DNA of 64,000 nt from an uncultured Gammaproteobacteria bacterium (GCA_964621305.1 CAZUOM010000001.1:165448-229447), one strand, 5' to 3'. Positions 38,400-47,507 are shown, counted from the first letter of the stretch. Translations and numbers: made by a program. Notes: a model not told the origin generated them from the letters alone.

Positions 38400-38431
38400 G
38401 TTTAGAATCTTATTAAAGAAGATCTATAAAT

Positions 38432-38461
38432 ACAGTATTAGTTTAAATGCTATTGTGTCAA
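38432..38461 (-). promoter_or_regulatory. candidate promoter of the giant gene
   Basis: On the minus strand: TTGACA, 18-nt spacer, TACTGT, about 30 nt upstream of the TTG start. Confidence 0.3.
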
Positions 38462-38475
38462 GTCGATGAAAAGAT

Positions 38476-39018
38476 TTACCGAAGGATTTTTGAGGCTGTT
38501 TGAGGTCTTCGGTTGTCGAAATGATATAGTACTAAAAAGGTTGCCATGAGAGCAAAAATTCCAGCTATTGCTGCCAACACGGACCAACTATCGACTAATC
38601 TTCTTACATTGTGCACAATCAAACGAAAGAAAAGCAAGAGGTAAGTTGTCTGAATTGGGAACGAGACCATGTGCCAATACCCAGCAAAGTTCCACCGGAA
38701 TGGATGGGGCATAGACCAATTAGTCATCTTGACTTTTCCCTGAATAAAATGGGTCAAAAAATCCAATACCAAAGCACAACCAACAGCCCACAACAAGTCA
38801 TTCGGAGTCAATTTATAACCCATCTTTACCGTTACGTAATATATCAAAACATTAATTAACGGAACAATAAAACCATCTCCCAACCAACCGGTGTAGTAAT
38901 CCAGAAGAGTCTTTTGCCCGACAAACGCGCGCGGATTTTCCCTTTTTTCCCAAATGTAATAGGATAACTGTACCCCGTAACTGAGAACAAAACTTGCAAT
39001 AAGAATCAATACATACAT
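38476..39018 (-). CDS. hypothetical integral membrane protein (180 aa)
   Basis: Four or more hydrophobic helices; no family recognised. Confidence 0.5.
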   Translation of the reverse strand: MYVLILIASFVLSYGVQLSYYIWEKRENPRAFVGQKTLLDYYTGWLGDGFIVPLINVLIYYVTVKMGYKLTPNDLLWAVGCALVLDFLTHFIQGKVKMTNWSMPHPFRWNFAGYWHMVSFPIQTTYLLLFFRLIVHNVRRLVDSWSVLAAIAGIFALMATFLVLYHFDNRRPQTASKILR

Positions 39019-39032
39019 ATACTGATTCTATC

Positions 39033-39764
39033 ATGCACTGCCCCAACGGCGACAACCTACTCATCGACAAAGCCCCAAAACACGACGGGTTAACTCTCCA
39101 TTACCTACTATGTCTCAGTTGTGGCGGCATCTGGGTGTCAAGTTTTGACGCAAACTACCTCAAATATGTCGATATTCCAGCTTCGCAAGGAGAGTCCTTG
39201 CGGACGCAAGGACTCTCCTTAATACTTTTATGTCCGCAATGCCGGAAGGGTCTTTTGAGAGCTACCGGCGACAATGTCCCGCCGGATGTTGTTGCCTATC
39301 GCTGCCCTGACGGTCACGGCTACTTTTTCCCGGCAGGAGAGCTCCTGAAGTTTAAGGAAGCGCAGGAGGTAAAAATTGAATATCACCAAAAATGGCATAT
39401 ACCGCTTGCCTCCGTTGCCAGCGCTCTCCTCATGACGATGACGGGCCTGATCATCTCCGCAGGCCTCATCATCGGCGTCATCGAGGGGGAGCGACAACAG
39501 ACGATCACCTCGCAAGCAGAAGAGATCATCAAATCTCAGAAAGCCTACGTGGACCAAACCAACCGCGCCGTCACCATCATCGCTCTGACGGCCGAACCGA
39601 TAGCCCTCACCGTCGTCGTTGACGGGAAAGAACATCCCATGCTAGCTCCCGATGCCCGCTCCCACGTCGTCCGCATTACAAACATCGCCCCCGGCGACCA
39701 CTCCTACTTCTTCCGCTTCCATAAAGAAAGGGAAAGGATAGAATCTCCAATATTCTCATTCTGA
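39033..39764 (+). CDS. zinc-ribbon-containing membrane protein (243 aa)
   Basis: CPNG...CLSCGG, CPQCRKG and CPDGHG Cys pairs, with a central TM helix LASVASALLMTMTGLIISAGLIIGVI. Confidence 0.5.
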   Translation: MHCPNGDNLLIDKAPKHDGLTLHYLLCLSCGGIWVSSFDANYLKYVDIPASQGESLRTQGLSLILLCPQCRKGLLRATGDNVPPDVVAYRCPDGHGYFFPAGELLKFKEAQEVKIEYHQKWHIPLASVASALLMTMTGLIISAGLIIGVIEGERQQTITSQAEEIIKSQKAYVDQTNRAVTIIALTAEPIALTVVVDGKEHPMLAPDARSHVVRITNIAPGDHSYFFRFHKERERIESPIFSF

Positions 39765-40004
39765 AATCTTCATTTCTTTCAGTATTTCTTGAAAAAATTA
39801 GGAAATCCTGATATAATAAGCCGTTTCCACAATGTGTCAATTTTCGCCGACCATCTGTGGTCTAAAATTCTAGATATAGTAATGTATTCTAGGATATAGC
39901 TCGAGATTTGAGCTACGCGAATTCCTCTTACTGAGCGTCTTCGCGAAGTACTTTAACAAGTTACGGTGCAGATATTGGTAGGGAGGACGATGGACGGATG
40001 TAGC

Positions 40005-40118
40005 CTACGGGAGACGGACAAAGAGAAGGATCGTCAAAAGAAGCGCAATTACGGCCAGACCGAACGCAATCTGCGCTCTGACGTTGATATCGGTAAAATC
40101 CATTTCTTTGATTTTCAT
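40005..40118 (-). CDS. possible 37-aa hydrophobic peptide
   Basis: MKIKEMDFTDINVRAQIAFGLAVIALLLTILLFVRLP, with AAGGAA 9 nt upstream of the ATG. Not in the ORF track because it is under 60 aa. Confidence 0.25.
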   Translation of the reverse strand: MKIKEMDFTDINVRAQIAFGLAVIALLLTILLFVRLP

Positions 40119-40247
40119 GGTGTTATATATTCCTTAACTGATACGCGATGAATAAACACACGATAGCAGACACAATGTTGTTCGTCAAGGCTACGATGCG
40201 CTGACTGAAACTCAAATAGTTAATGCAATTCTGAGTACGAAACGTCT

Positions 40248-40793
40248 TCAGGGGATTTGGCTGTCAGAAGTGTATTTATATGCTTTTTTCCCTCTTCCAA
40301 GACGTTTCCAGTTGGGATTGAGGCTGCCCAGAATTATGAAGTCATCGAGCATGTCAAAACCATAATGGAGAAGCATCGCGCCAAATAAAACCACGGCCGT
40401 CTGCCACTCGTAGAAATACGCCAGAATACATAATGCTAACAAGACTCCCATCGTGAAAAAATTATGGGAAAGCAAGCTCGTATTCTGCTTATGTCCGTTT
40501 TCCCACAGATTCCACAGATTCCGTATCTGAAAATGGCGAAGGTAAAAGCGGGTCTGGACGGAAAATGCATCTTTCCTTCCGTAGGTATAAAAATAGAGGA
40601 TGTGGTCGATATCCGGGAGCACCGAGGCTCCCACTGAGAGCCAAATCCAGCGAGGATTCAACTGCCCCCACAGCTCCCTAAGAAACCACGCCCATATTAA
40701 GCCAATGAGAACATGGGTGATTTCGTGCTTTGTGTGCCAGATGACCCACGCCACACTCTTGACTTTAGCCACTGACCTGCGGATTCGACGCAT
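40248..40793 (-). CDS. hypothetical polytopic membrane protein, possibly a membrane-bound metal-dependent hydrolase-like protein
   Basis: 181 aa, several TM helices, conserved His/Asp such as PDIDHILYFYTYG. Weak assignment. Confidence 0.35.
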   Translation of the reverse strand: MRRIRRSVAKVKSVAWVIWHTKHEITHVLIGLIWAWFLRELWGQLNPRWIWLSVGASVLPDIDHILYFYTYGRKDAFSVQTRFYLRHFQIRNLWNLWENGHKQNTSLLSHNFFTMGVLLALCILAYFYEWQTAVVLFGAMLLHYGFDMLDDFIILGSLNPNWKRLGRGKKAYKYTSDSQIP

Positions 40794-40810
40794 ATATCAA
40801 GTGTATCACA

Positions 40811-40862
40811 CAAAAAAATCCCCGGCTGATGGACGCTTTTATCCATTGCGGGGATTTTTTTG
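40811..40862. terminator. bidirectional rho-independent terminator
   Basis: AAAAAAA-ATCCCCG-(24-nt loop)-CGGGGAT-TTTTTTT. The A-run and T-run on both sides would serve the minus-strand zinc-ribbon gene and any plus-strand read-through. Confidence 0.55.
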
Positions 40863-41265
40863 AAATGCTCCATTCAGTGGAGCAGAGATCTGAAAAGCCA
40901 AAATTTAGCTCCTCAAAACAACTGCTCCACTCAACAAACTTACAACAAACCTACAACAAAAAAAACAAAAAATGGGACAACAGGAGGAGGACAGCGTGAT
41001 AAATCGAAATTATTGATGATTATGATATAAGTCCTCCCCCCTTTGTTCCACAACTAGCTAGCTATCTATATCACGCGTCTCCGTGCCCGGCTGTGTTGCC
41101 GGTTATGATCACGCCGATTCCTACGACAGCGGGCACGATGACAACCAAAATCAAAAATACTATCTCCAACATGTTGCCTCCTTGGTTCTTTGTTTTGGTA
41201 ATGTGCACTCAGAACTTAACTTATAGTATACCACACTCCCATAGAAAAGCAACTGTCTCGGGTGT

Positions 41266-41484
41266 TTACTGCTTTGGCCATGAGAGTTTGACTCCGCAGG
41301 CAGGGCAATACAGCCATTGCACCTGGCCCAGTCCGTAGCTGCAGGCAGGACACTGCTTGCCTCCCCGATTGACCATAAGGTTCTGAATAAGACTCTGCGG
41401 CGGCGCCGATGCCTCAATGAGTGGTGCGGCACACTCGTTGCAGAAATTGCCTGCTTTCTCACCGTGGATGCGGCATACTTTCAT
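41266..41484 (-). CDS. double zinc-ribbon protein (72 aa)
   Basis: CRIHGEKAGNFCNEC ... CPACSYG ... CPACG, four CxxC pairs. Preferred over the overlapping 41160-41462 ORF. Confidence 0.45.
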   Translation of the reverse strand: MKVCRIHGEKAGNFCNECAAPLIEASAPPQSLIQNLMVNRGGKQCPACSYGLGQVQWLYCPACGVKLSWPKQ

Positions 41485-41547
41485 CGGGATTCTCCTTTCT
41501 TAAGCCTGACGTCATTTTGATTTTAAAGAACCATATGTCCTATAATA

Positions 41548-41576
41548 TTGACATCAGTGTTATTTTATGGTATACT
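41548..41576 (+). promoter_or_regulatory. sigma70-like promoter for the 41585 gene
   Basis: TTGACA (41548-41553), 17-nt spacer, TATACT (41571-41576). Confidence 0.45.
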
Positions 41577-41584
41577 AACAGGTT

Positions 41585-42442
41585 ATGAGCGCAGCAGCAA
41601 GGGCTGAAATAGCAGTCCACGGCATACATTTTTCTCCGAACGGAAAAGAACCTAAGATGTTTACGCCTGCCTCGCATCGCGGCCTGGTTCACGGCATCGA
41701 CGCAGACTTCAAACTACCGTTTGTCATGGCAAAGCCGTCTTGGATGAATGAGCACATTGAGACAATGCGTAATAAATTTGATATATACACCCAGCCTGCC
41801 TCGGAAAGAGATTTTCGTGAAGCCATGAGAGCAGTAACAATTAGGAAAGACGGCAAAGTAGCCTTTCGTAATCCCTCCCTGCCATATCCGAAGCCGACCA
41901 GGCCCCACGCAAAGCTTAATCGCCACCGCCATCCATCTCCTGCACCCGAGGATGAACGACGTGATGACGAACCGAGGTGGGAACGGCTCCCAGATCATGT
42001 TGATGAAGCGAATCGCGCAGACTTATTCGATCCTACCCTCGACCGATTCCACAGAAAAAACTCTATCAGAATCCAAAATCCGGCCTATCTATTGCATATG
42101 CCATCACGTCCTGCCGTCGAGCCTAGAGGCAACGGCCGTGACATGCCCGATTCTTTAATTCAAAGACTTTCCAGTGCAATCAGTGCAGTTGATAGAGCTG
42201 CCTCAAACGGAAACACTCTAATAGAACGGCAGCGGGCAACGATTGATTATTTTATGCGCAATGGCGCGATAAAAGCAGAATTCACGAGCAGGGCTCGAGC
42301 CCCCAATAAAATACATACCATACTGAAAATTTCTGTTCGTTCTTATAAGGACAAAGGCCAATTTATCGGCCTCGGTGGTAGCATAGCACGCCAAATCAGA
42401 CGAATCGTCGGTGTGAACTCCGTTATGGTCAGTGTCGATTAA
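41585..42442 (+). CDS. hypothetical protein (285 aa)
   Basis: Basic, His-rich ORF behind a good promoter. No family recognised. Confidence 0.5.
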   Translation: MSAAARAEIAVHGIHFSPNGKEPKMFTPASHRGLVHGIDADFKLPFVMAKPSWMNEHIETMRNKFDIYTQPASERDFREAMRAVTIRKDGKVAFRNPSLPYPKPTRPHAKLNRHRHPSPAPEDERRDDEPRWERLPDHVDEANRADLFDPTLDRFHRKNSIRIQNPAYLLHMPSRPAVEPRGNGRDMPDSLIQRLSSAISAVDRAASNGNTLIERQRATIDYFMRNGAIKAEFTSRARAPNKIHTILKISVRSYKDKGQFIGLGGSIARQIRRIVGVNSVMVSVD

Positions 42443-42513
42443 AATCGATCGTTTTTTGCACCCCGACGCCTCCTGTGCTACACTCCCAATCGGCCAATTC
42501 AATAGGCTGATCT

Positions 42514-42543
42514 TTGACAAGTGATAAAAAATTCTCGTATAAG
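42514..42543 (+). promoter_or_regulatory. promoter of the nadD-nadE operon
   Basis: TTGACA (42514-42519), 18-nt spacer, TATAAG (42538-42543), then AGGAG and the GTG start at 42555. Confidence 0.4.
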
Positions 42544-42554
42544 GAGATGAGACA

Positions 42555-43187
42555 GTGTTTGATAAAATTGCCCATCCGGAAGAAGTCAGGGGAAGCAATG
42601 TCGGGATAATGGGAATTACCGCTGACCCGCCACACCGAGGTCATCGGGAATTAATCGCCGGAGTCCTTGCATGCAATCGTTTTACCACGGTCGTGTTGTA
42701 TCCGACCGGGGAACAACGAGATGATAAAACAATTTCCGCTGGTCCCAACGACCGGGCAGCCATGCTCATGCAAACGCTCAACCCGGAGTTATTCGGGTAT
42801 CCGACAAAACTTATAGTCGTTTTTGCCGATATGTACGGCAAAAACACATACACGATCAAACTCCTGCAAGCGTATCAGAAACGATTTCCGGACAAACACT
42901 TTTCATGAATCACAGGGAGTGATTCTGACATCGGCACCTGGCACTGCGGCAAAGAACTGCTTGAAAAATGGCATTTTTGCATCGTACCGCGGCCGGGATT
43001 TGACAGGCTCCCGCCAGCCCTGCCGGTTCACTACGAAATTCTCGACGTGCCGCACGGGCTCCACGTTTCAAGTACGCAAATCAAGCAGCTCATAAAAAAC
43101 GGCGAACCGTTTGAAAGATTCGTTACGCCGGCAGTCGCCCGGTTTATAAAGGAAAATAGACTTTACAAATACCAAGAAAGACGGTAA
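42555..43187 (+). CDS. nadD: nicotinate-nucleotide adenylyltransferase interrupted by a single in-frame TGA at 42906-42908 (pseudogene or recoding)
   Basis: N-terminal part GIMGITADPPHRGHRELI is the (H/T)xGH nucleotidyltransferase motif. Downstream in the same frame: ITGSDSDIGTWHCGKELLEKWHFCIVPRPGF ... VSSTQIKQLIKNGEPFERFVTPAVARFIKENRLY, the NadD C-terminus. The TGA falls in the conserved FFIIGAD-like segment (FS*ITGSD). Ends at TAA 43185-43187, inside the RBS of nadE. Confidence 0.6.
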
Positions 43188-43193
43188 GGAGGA

Positions 43194-45164
43194 ATGCCGA
43201 TGTCACGGATAAAAATCGGCCTGGCCCACACAGACAGTTGGGTCGGCGCCTTTGACGACAACTTTGCCAAAATCTGCCGATCTGCAGAACGCGTGGCTTT
43301 TGCGCAAAGCACCTTTGGCGTCTTTGGTGAACAGGTTATCTCGGGCTACCCAAGCGAAGATCTCACGCATTGGCCAAGTTTCGTTGCGGGACAGATGGAA
43401 AAACTCGTGAAGTTTGCCCGATTTACCAAAACGCTTGAGTTTAAGACCATCTTTGTCGTCGGTCTCACGGTTGCTCACGGAGGCCACAACTACAATTGTG
43501 CGGCCCTCGTCTACGACGGCAACATCATCGGCATCGTTCCGAAGCAAAAGCTACCCAACTACGATGTCTTCTACGAAATGCGCTGGTTTACACCGGGCTT
43601 GCCATATCAGTTCGAAACAGTCACGCTTGCCCCCGGCATCAGCGCACCGTTTGGGGATATAATCTTTGCAACCCCGTTTTGCACATTTGCCCTTGAAGTG
43701 TGTGAAGACATCTGGTCAAACGAAGGGCCAATGGCGCGGCGCGCATATTCGGGAGCGGAGCTCGTGATGAATATATCAGCGTCTCCCTTTCGGATCGGCG
43801 TCGTCGATACAAGACGGGAAATGATTGCGACACGAGCCTCAGACAACCAAGCAACCATCGTCTACTGCAATAAAGTCGGCGGTCAGGGTAGCCTAGTGTT
43901 TGATGGTGGCGGATTTATCAACCAAAACGGGAAGATGGTATACGAATCGCCTCGCTGGCAGGAAACGGCGTCATCCTGCGTTGTTGACTTGGACATCACG
44001 CGGGCGCGTCGAACAAAAAATACCACATGGCGAACGGACGCAGCAGAATTTGCGAGAAAGAATAGTCCGGTTCAAACCGTGATGGTTGATATGGGTGATT
44101 TTGTTTTACCGCAATATCGCGTTTTTGAACCGTTGAGACAATCCAAGAGCGTCTTCATGCCTGCATTTCAAAAGCCAAAAAATCCGCGCGCCGATTACTT
44201 TAACGATCTCATCGAAGCCATGATCTGGGCCCTCGGCGGGTACTTTGAAAAAACAAAGGCATTTCAACGGATTGGCGTTGCTCTTTCCGGCGGTCGTGAT
44301 TCAGCGCTTTCCTTCATCATTGCATATCTTTATGCCAAGAGGAAAGGCGCTCATGTCTCTGATTTCCTCCATGCATTCTCGATGCCCTCTAGGTTTAACA
44401 GCAAAACAACCAAGAGCATTGCGCGAATGCTTTGCCAAGAACTCGGCGTTTCGTTTATGGAACTTCCTATCGAGGAAGCGGCTCGTCGGGAAACCCGCGC
44501 AACCAAGATGATGCTTGGAGGCAAAGATCCTACTGCAATCACCAAACAAAATATCCAGGCACGAATCCGTGCCGCTCGCATGTGGAACTGGGCAAATACA
44601 GCACATGCGATGATGCTCCAAACGGGCAACATGAGTGAGAAAGCGGTTGGATATACGACAACGATCGGAGACCTCTCTGGAGCATACTCGCTTTTGGGCA
44701 ATCTACCCAAAACCGTCATCAACGAGCTCCTGCGGTACCTGTACGAAGTGTACAAATGGAAAGCGCTCGGCGAACTTTTGAAAACCAAGGCATCTGCTGA
44801 ACTTGCCAACGGGCAAAGCGATGAGGCAGATCTCATGCCGTTTCCGGTCCTGGATGCTTGCTTTTTCCACTTCGTCGGAGACAAGATGGATGTAGCAACG
44901 CTCTATCTCACGCTTCGAGCAAAATGGAGCGATAGTCAGCTGCGAAAGATGGATCCAACGTATACCAAAGGGAAGTTGAAAGAATGGGTCGAAAAATTCA
45001 TCACCCTTTTCTTTCGATCCATCTACAAGTGGGTCCAGGCGCCAGAGACAGCACATCTGGCATCAGTGGATTTGGACCGCGAGCGCGCACTGCAGCTTCA
45101 AGCCGCAAGCTCTACCCAGTGGCTTGGAAACGCAAGAGAGGTCCTCGCCTCCCTTCCGGACTGA
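43194..45164 (+). CDS. nadE: glutamine-dependent NAD+ synthetase (N-terminal CN-hydrolase domain plus C-terminal NAD synthase domain)
   Basis: 656 aa; nitrilase-like N-terminal half; PP-loop SGGRDSALS in the C-terminal half; GGAGG RBS 8 nt upstream. Confidence 0.85.
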   Translation: MPMSRIKIGLAHTDSWVGAFDDNFAKICRSAERVAFAQSTFGVFGEQVISGYPSEDLTHWPSFVAGQMEKLVKFARFTKTLEFKTIFVVGLTVAHGGHNYNCAALVYDGNIIGIVPKQKLPNYDVFYEMRWFTPGLPYQFETVTLAPGISAPFGDIIFATPFCTFALEVCEDIWSNEGPMARRAYSGAELVMNISASPFRIGVVDTRREMIATRASDNQATIVYCNKVGGQGSLVFDGGGFINQNGKMVYESPRWQETASSCVVDLDITRARRTKNTTWRTDAAEFARKNSPVQTVMVDMGDFVLPQYRVFEPLRQSKSVFMPAFQKPKNPRADYFNDLIEAMIWALGGYFEKTKAFQRIGVALSGGRDSALSFIIAYLYAKRKGAHVSDFLHAFSMPSRFNSKTTKSIARMLCQELGVSFMELPIEEAARRETRATKMMLGGKDPTAITKQNIQARIRAARMWNWANTAHAMMLQTGNMSEKAVGYTTTIGDLSGAYSLLGNLPKTVINELLRYLYEVYKWKALGELLKTKASAELANGQSDEADLMPFPVLDACFFHFVGDKMDVATLYLTLRAKWSDSQLRKMDPTYTKGKLKEWVEKFITLFFRSIYKWVQAPETAHLASVDLDRERALQLQAASSTQWLGNAREVLASLPD

Positions 45165-45195
45165 CGGAAAAAACATTCTAACGGAGGAAAATCAA

Positions 45196-45513
45196 ATGAA
45201 CAAGAAACATTGGTGGGAAGAGATCATCGAGGCCGTAAAAGAAAGCATCGCCTTTCGTGCCAAGCTAAACCCTCGGAGGGTATTAGATAAAGTGGCGATT
45301 AAGGTGGTCAGCCTCCAAATCTGTCGACTCTTGAAAGTTCTTGAGTGTGTGGATGACATTCCATTTGCTCGTCGGGCAAAGGTATACGATCAGCTTGATC
45401 AACTGATCCAGCTGGACGAGAAGGCAGGTAGCGACTCGACAGTTCAGATCGTCCTTGCCGGTCTGAAAATTCAGTACATGCAATATCAAGTGAAAGAGAA
45501 GAAGGAAGAGTAG
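45196..45513 (+). CDS. hypothetical small protein (105 aa)
   Basis: Internal ATG with GGAGG 8 nt upstream. The track start at 45124 overlaps the nadE 3-prime end and is less likely. Confidence 0.4.
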   Translation: MNKKHWWEEIIEAVKESIAFRAKLNPRRVLDKVAIKVVSLQICRLLKVLECVDDIPFARRAKVYDQLDQLIQLDEKAGSDSTVQIVLAGLKIQYMQYQVKEKKEE

Positions 45514-45525
45514 AAACCCTCAACA

Positions 45526-45584
45526 AACCCATGACCAGGCTGATGCAATTATGCATCAACGCAGAACGGTCATGGGTTTTTTTT
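45526..45584 (+). terminator. rho-independent terminator
   Basis: AACCCATGACC-(31 nt)-GGTCATGGGTT followed by TTTTTTTT. Confidence 0.6.
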
Positions 45585-45606
45585 GGCAAGAAGGCAACCC
45601 TATAGT

Positions 45607-45635
45607 TTGACTGTGCATGCCAGGCATGGTAAAAT
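45607..45635 (+). promoter_or_regulatory. near-consensus sigma70 promoter of pncB
   Basis: TTGACT (45607-45612), 17-nt spacer, TAAAAT (45630-45635). Confidence 0.55.
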
Positions 45636-45677
45636 ACATAGGTTCTCTCTGGCTCATTGACATACAAATGAGAATTC

Positions 45678-45751
45678 CCTCCTGTTGGTATTGCCATGAT
45701 GTACTCAAAATGTAGAGTACAGCAAGCAATACCAACAAAATTTTGAAGGAG
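45678..45751 (+). promoter_or_regulatory. 5-prime leader hairpin that sequesters the pncB Shine-Dalgarno sequence; candidate riboswitch or translational control element
   Basis: CCTCC (45678-45682) pairs with the SD GGAGG (45747-45751). The 12-bp stem TGTTGGTATTGC / GCAATACCAACA encloses a nested hairpin GTACTC-aaaatgta-GAGTAC. An 11-nt A/U-rich internal loop lies on the 3-prime side. Confidence 0.4.
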
Positions 45752-45756
45752 GCAGC

Positions 45757-46971
45757 ATGATTGTTGGCCATCAAATCATTCAAGGCAAGTGGGACTCGGA
45801 TACGTACGCGTGGACCATGGCAAATGCGCAACAGTTAAACGACCAGAGCCACGGCCGCAACCTTTGGCTCCACTACAAACTCATCCATCGAAACAAATGG
45901 GGGTTTCCCCCAAATATGGTCGATGTGTTTCGGGAACAGGTCCAAAACATGACCACGCTCGCTACCCCAGCCCATCAAACGGCTCATTTCAAAGCGCGTG
46001 CCACATGGGTGAGACCGTCGTTTATTGACTGGTTTGCCAATGAATTTCGCTTTAATCCCAATCAGGTCACGATCGGAAGCGACAGCGGTCGACTGTCTGC
46101 GGATATCATCGGACCGGTTCCGGATGTGATGTTTTGGCAGTTTCCGATCATGCAGACAACCAATGAACTCGACAACATCCTTTCCGGTCGCAAACCCAAA
46201 CCTGGCTGGGAAAGACGCACCAGCAATAAAGGAATACTCTGGAAGAAGCACGGCGTGCCGGTTGCAGAATTTGGCTCGCGGCGCAGATTTTCCTATGCCG
46301 TCCAAAAACGAGCCCTTGAGATTCTTATCGAAACGATGGGGTTGAAGGAAAACGGGGGCCTTCTTTTGGGAACAAGCAACGGGGCTCTGGCGGGAGACGT
46401 CTTTGCGCAACCTATGGGCACCAAAGGACATGATCGCAAACAGATCTACGCAGCACTCGTTGGGTATCTCCTGGCAAACAAGGTCGAGCGCGCGGAGTGG
46501 TTGGAGGCGTACCCTGAATTTCCCGGATACGATCTTCCCGATACCTTCACTACAAAGGTTTATCTGCGCGATTGGGACGACCGGACGATCCTCGCCTTCA
46601 CAGGAATGCGTCAGGATTCGGGCGACCCGTACTGGTTTACCGATGCATTCGTAAATTTCTACAGGTACTGGCGGGTGCCGTTTAACAACAAAGGTATGAT
46701 CTACAGCAACAAGCTGGACTCGCTAACCGCGGTACAACTTGTTGAATACAACCGAAAAAACAATTTGTTCACCGCATCCTGCGGCATCGGCACCAACATC
46801 ACCAACGACGTCGGCTGGCCGGCTCCGGATTACGTCGTCAAATTGTGGGCGGTCAGTCTGGATGCTGGCAAAACATGGATTAGTGTATGCAAACTCTCTG
46901 ATGATGACGGCAAAGTGACTGGCGCCCCGGATGCAGTCGCCCGCGCGAAGCGGGAACTGGGGATTGGGTAA
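45757..46971 (+). CDS. pncB: nicotinate phosphoribosyltransferase
   Basis: 404 aa; LLLGTSNGALAG and PMGTKGHD motifs of the NAPRTase family; sits in a NAD salvage context with nadD and nadE. Confidence 0.75.
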   Translation: MIVGHQIIQGKWDSDTYAWTMANAQQLNDQSHGRNLWLHYKLIHRNKWGFPPNMVDVFREQVQNMTTLATPAHQTAHFKARATWVRPSFIDWFANEFRFNPNQVTIGSDSGRLSADIIGPVPDVMFWQFPIMQTTNELDNILSGRKPKPGWERRTSNKGILWKKHGVPVAEFGSRRRFSYAVQKRALEILIETMGLKENGGLLLGTSNGALAGDVFAQPMGTKGHDRKQIYAALVGYLLANKVERAEWLEAYPEFPGYDLPDTFTTKVYLRDWDDRTILAFTGMRQDSGDPYWFTDAFVNFYRYWRVPFNNKGMIYSNKLDSLTAVQLVEYNRKNNLFTASCGIGTNITNDVGWPAPDYVVKLWAVSLDAGKTWISVCKLSDDDGKVTGAPDAVARAKRELGIG

Positions 46972-47000
46972 GATCGAAAATCGTTGATAATTCACCACAG

Positions 47001-47049
47001 CACCTGCGATAGCGGGAACTTTTCCGACTAATTGCAGGTGCTTTTTTTT
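47001..47049 (+). terminator. rho-independent terminator after pncB
   Basis: CACCTGC-(26 nt)-GCAGGTG followed by CTTTTTTTT. Confidence 0.55.
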
Positions 47050-47088
47050 GTGGGAAAAACATTGTTGACCTGCTGATTATCTGCTACC

Positions 47089-47394
47089 TGAGTTTCTCAA
47101 ATTCTCCATTTCCCCATTAACTCGAGGCTAAATTTCCAAAATTCAGGGCACTAAGGGGTATCATTGTGGGATGACGTATATTCGCCGGGTAAAAACTGCC
47201 AGATATGCAGTTGCCATTCAAGTGGTCCGGAAGTAGCAGGGGGAAATTGTCCAATTCCGCTTTACTGGGCGAGGTGCTGCGGGAACAGTACCGCCTCATG
47301 AACGGCCGGGAGTATCCAGCAGAGGCAGACATTCCTCCGGTTATCCACACGCTATTACAAAAACTTCGCTTAGGGCACTAATTTGAGAAACTCA
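47089..47394. repeat. about 300-bp segment bounded by 15-bp inverted repeats (TGAGTTTCTCAAATT / AATTTGAGAAACTCA) plus the direct repeat GGGCACTAA; possible MITE-like element
   Basis: IR-L 47089-47103, IR-R 47380-47394. GGGCACTAA at 47146 and 47373. Contains only short ORFs (e.g. a 58-aa plus-strand ORF 47205-47381). Lies between the convergent pncB and purM genes. Confidence 0.3.
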
Positions 47395-47507
47395 AGTTCC
47401 AGAGCGCTTGTCTGGTTGCCTGCCACTTAGTCTGCCGCAGCAGAAGGTCCACTGTTTTTCAATGGACGCAGATGTAAACTAGGTTGCTCATACTTTAAGA
47501 AAAACCG

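Noticed and set aside
41160-41462. 100-aa minus-strand ORF overlapping the zinc-ribbon gene
   Set aside because: It is in a different frame over the same DNA. The 41266-41484 frame has four regularly spaced CxxC pairs and is far more protein-like.
42906-42908. Alternative genetic code (TGA = Gly or Trp, codes 25 or 4) as the explanation for the nadD in-frame TGA
   Set aside because: TGA terminates the giant gene (12153-12155), nadE (45162-45164) and the MNT gene (62616-62618). The 8,748-codon giant ORF also contains no TGA, so TGA behaves as a stop here.
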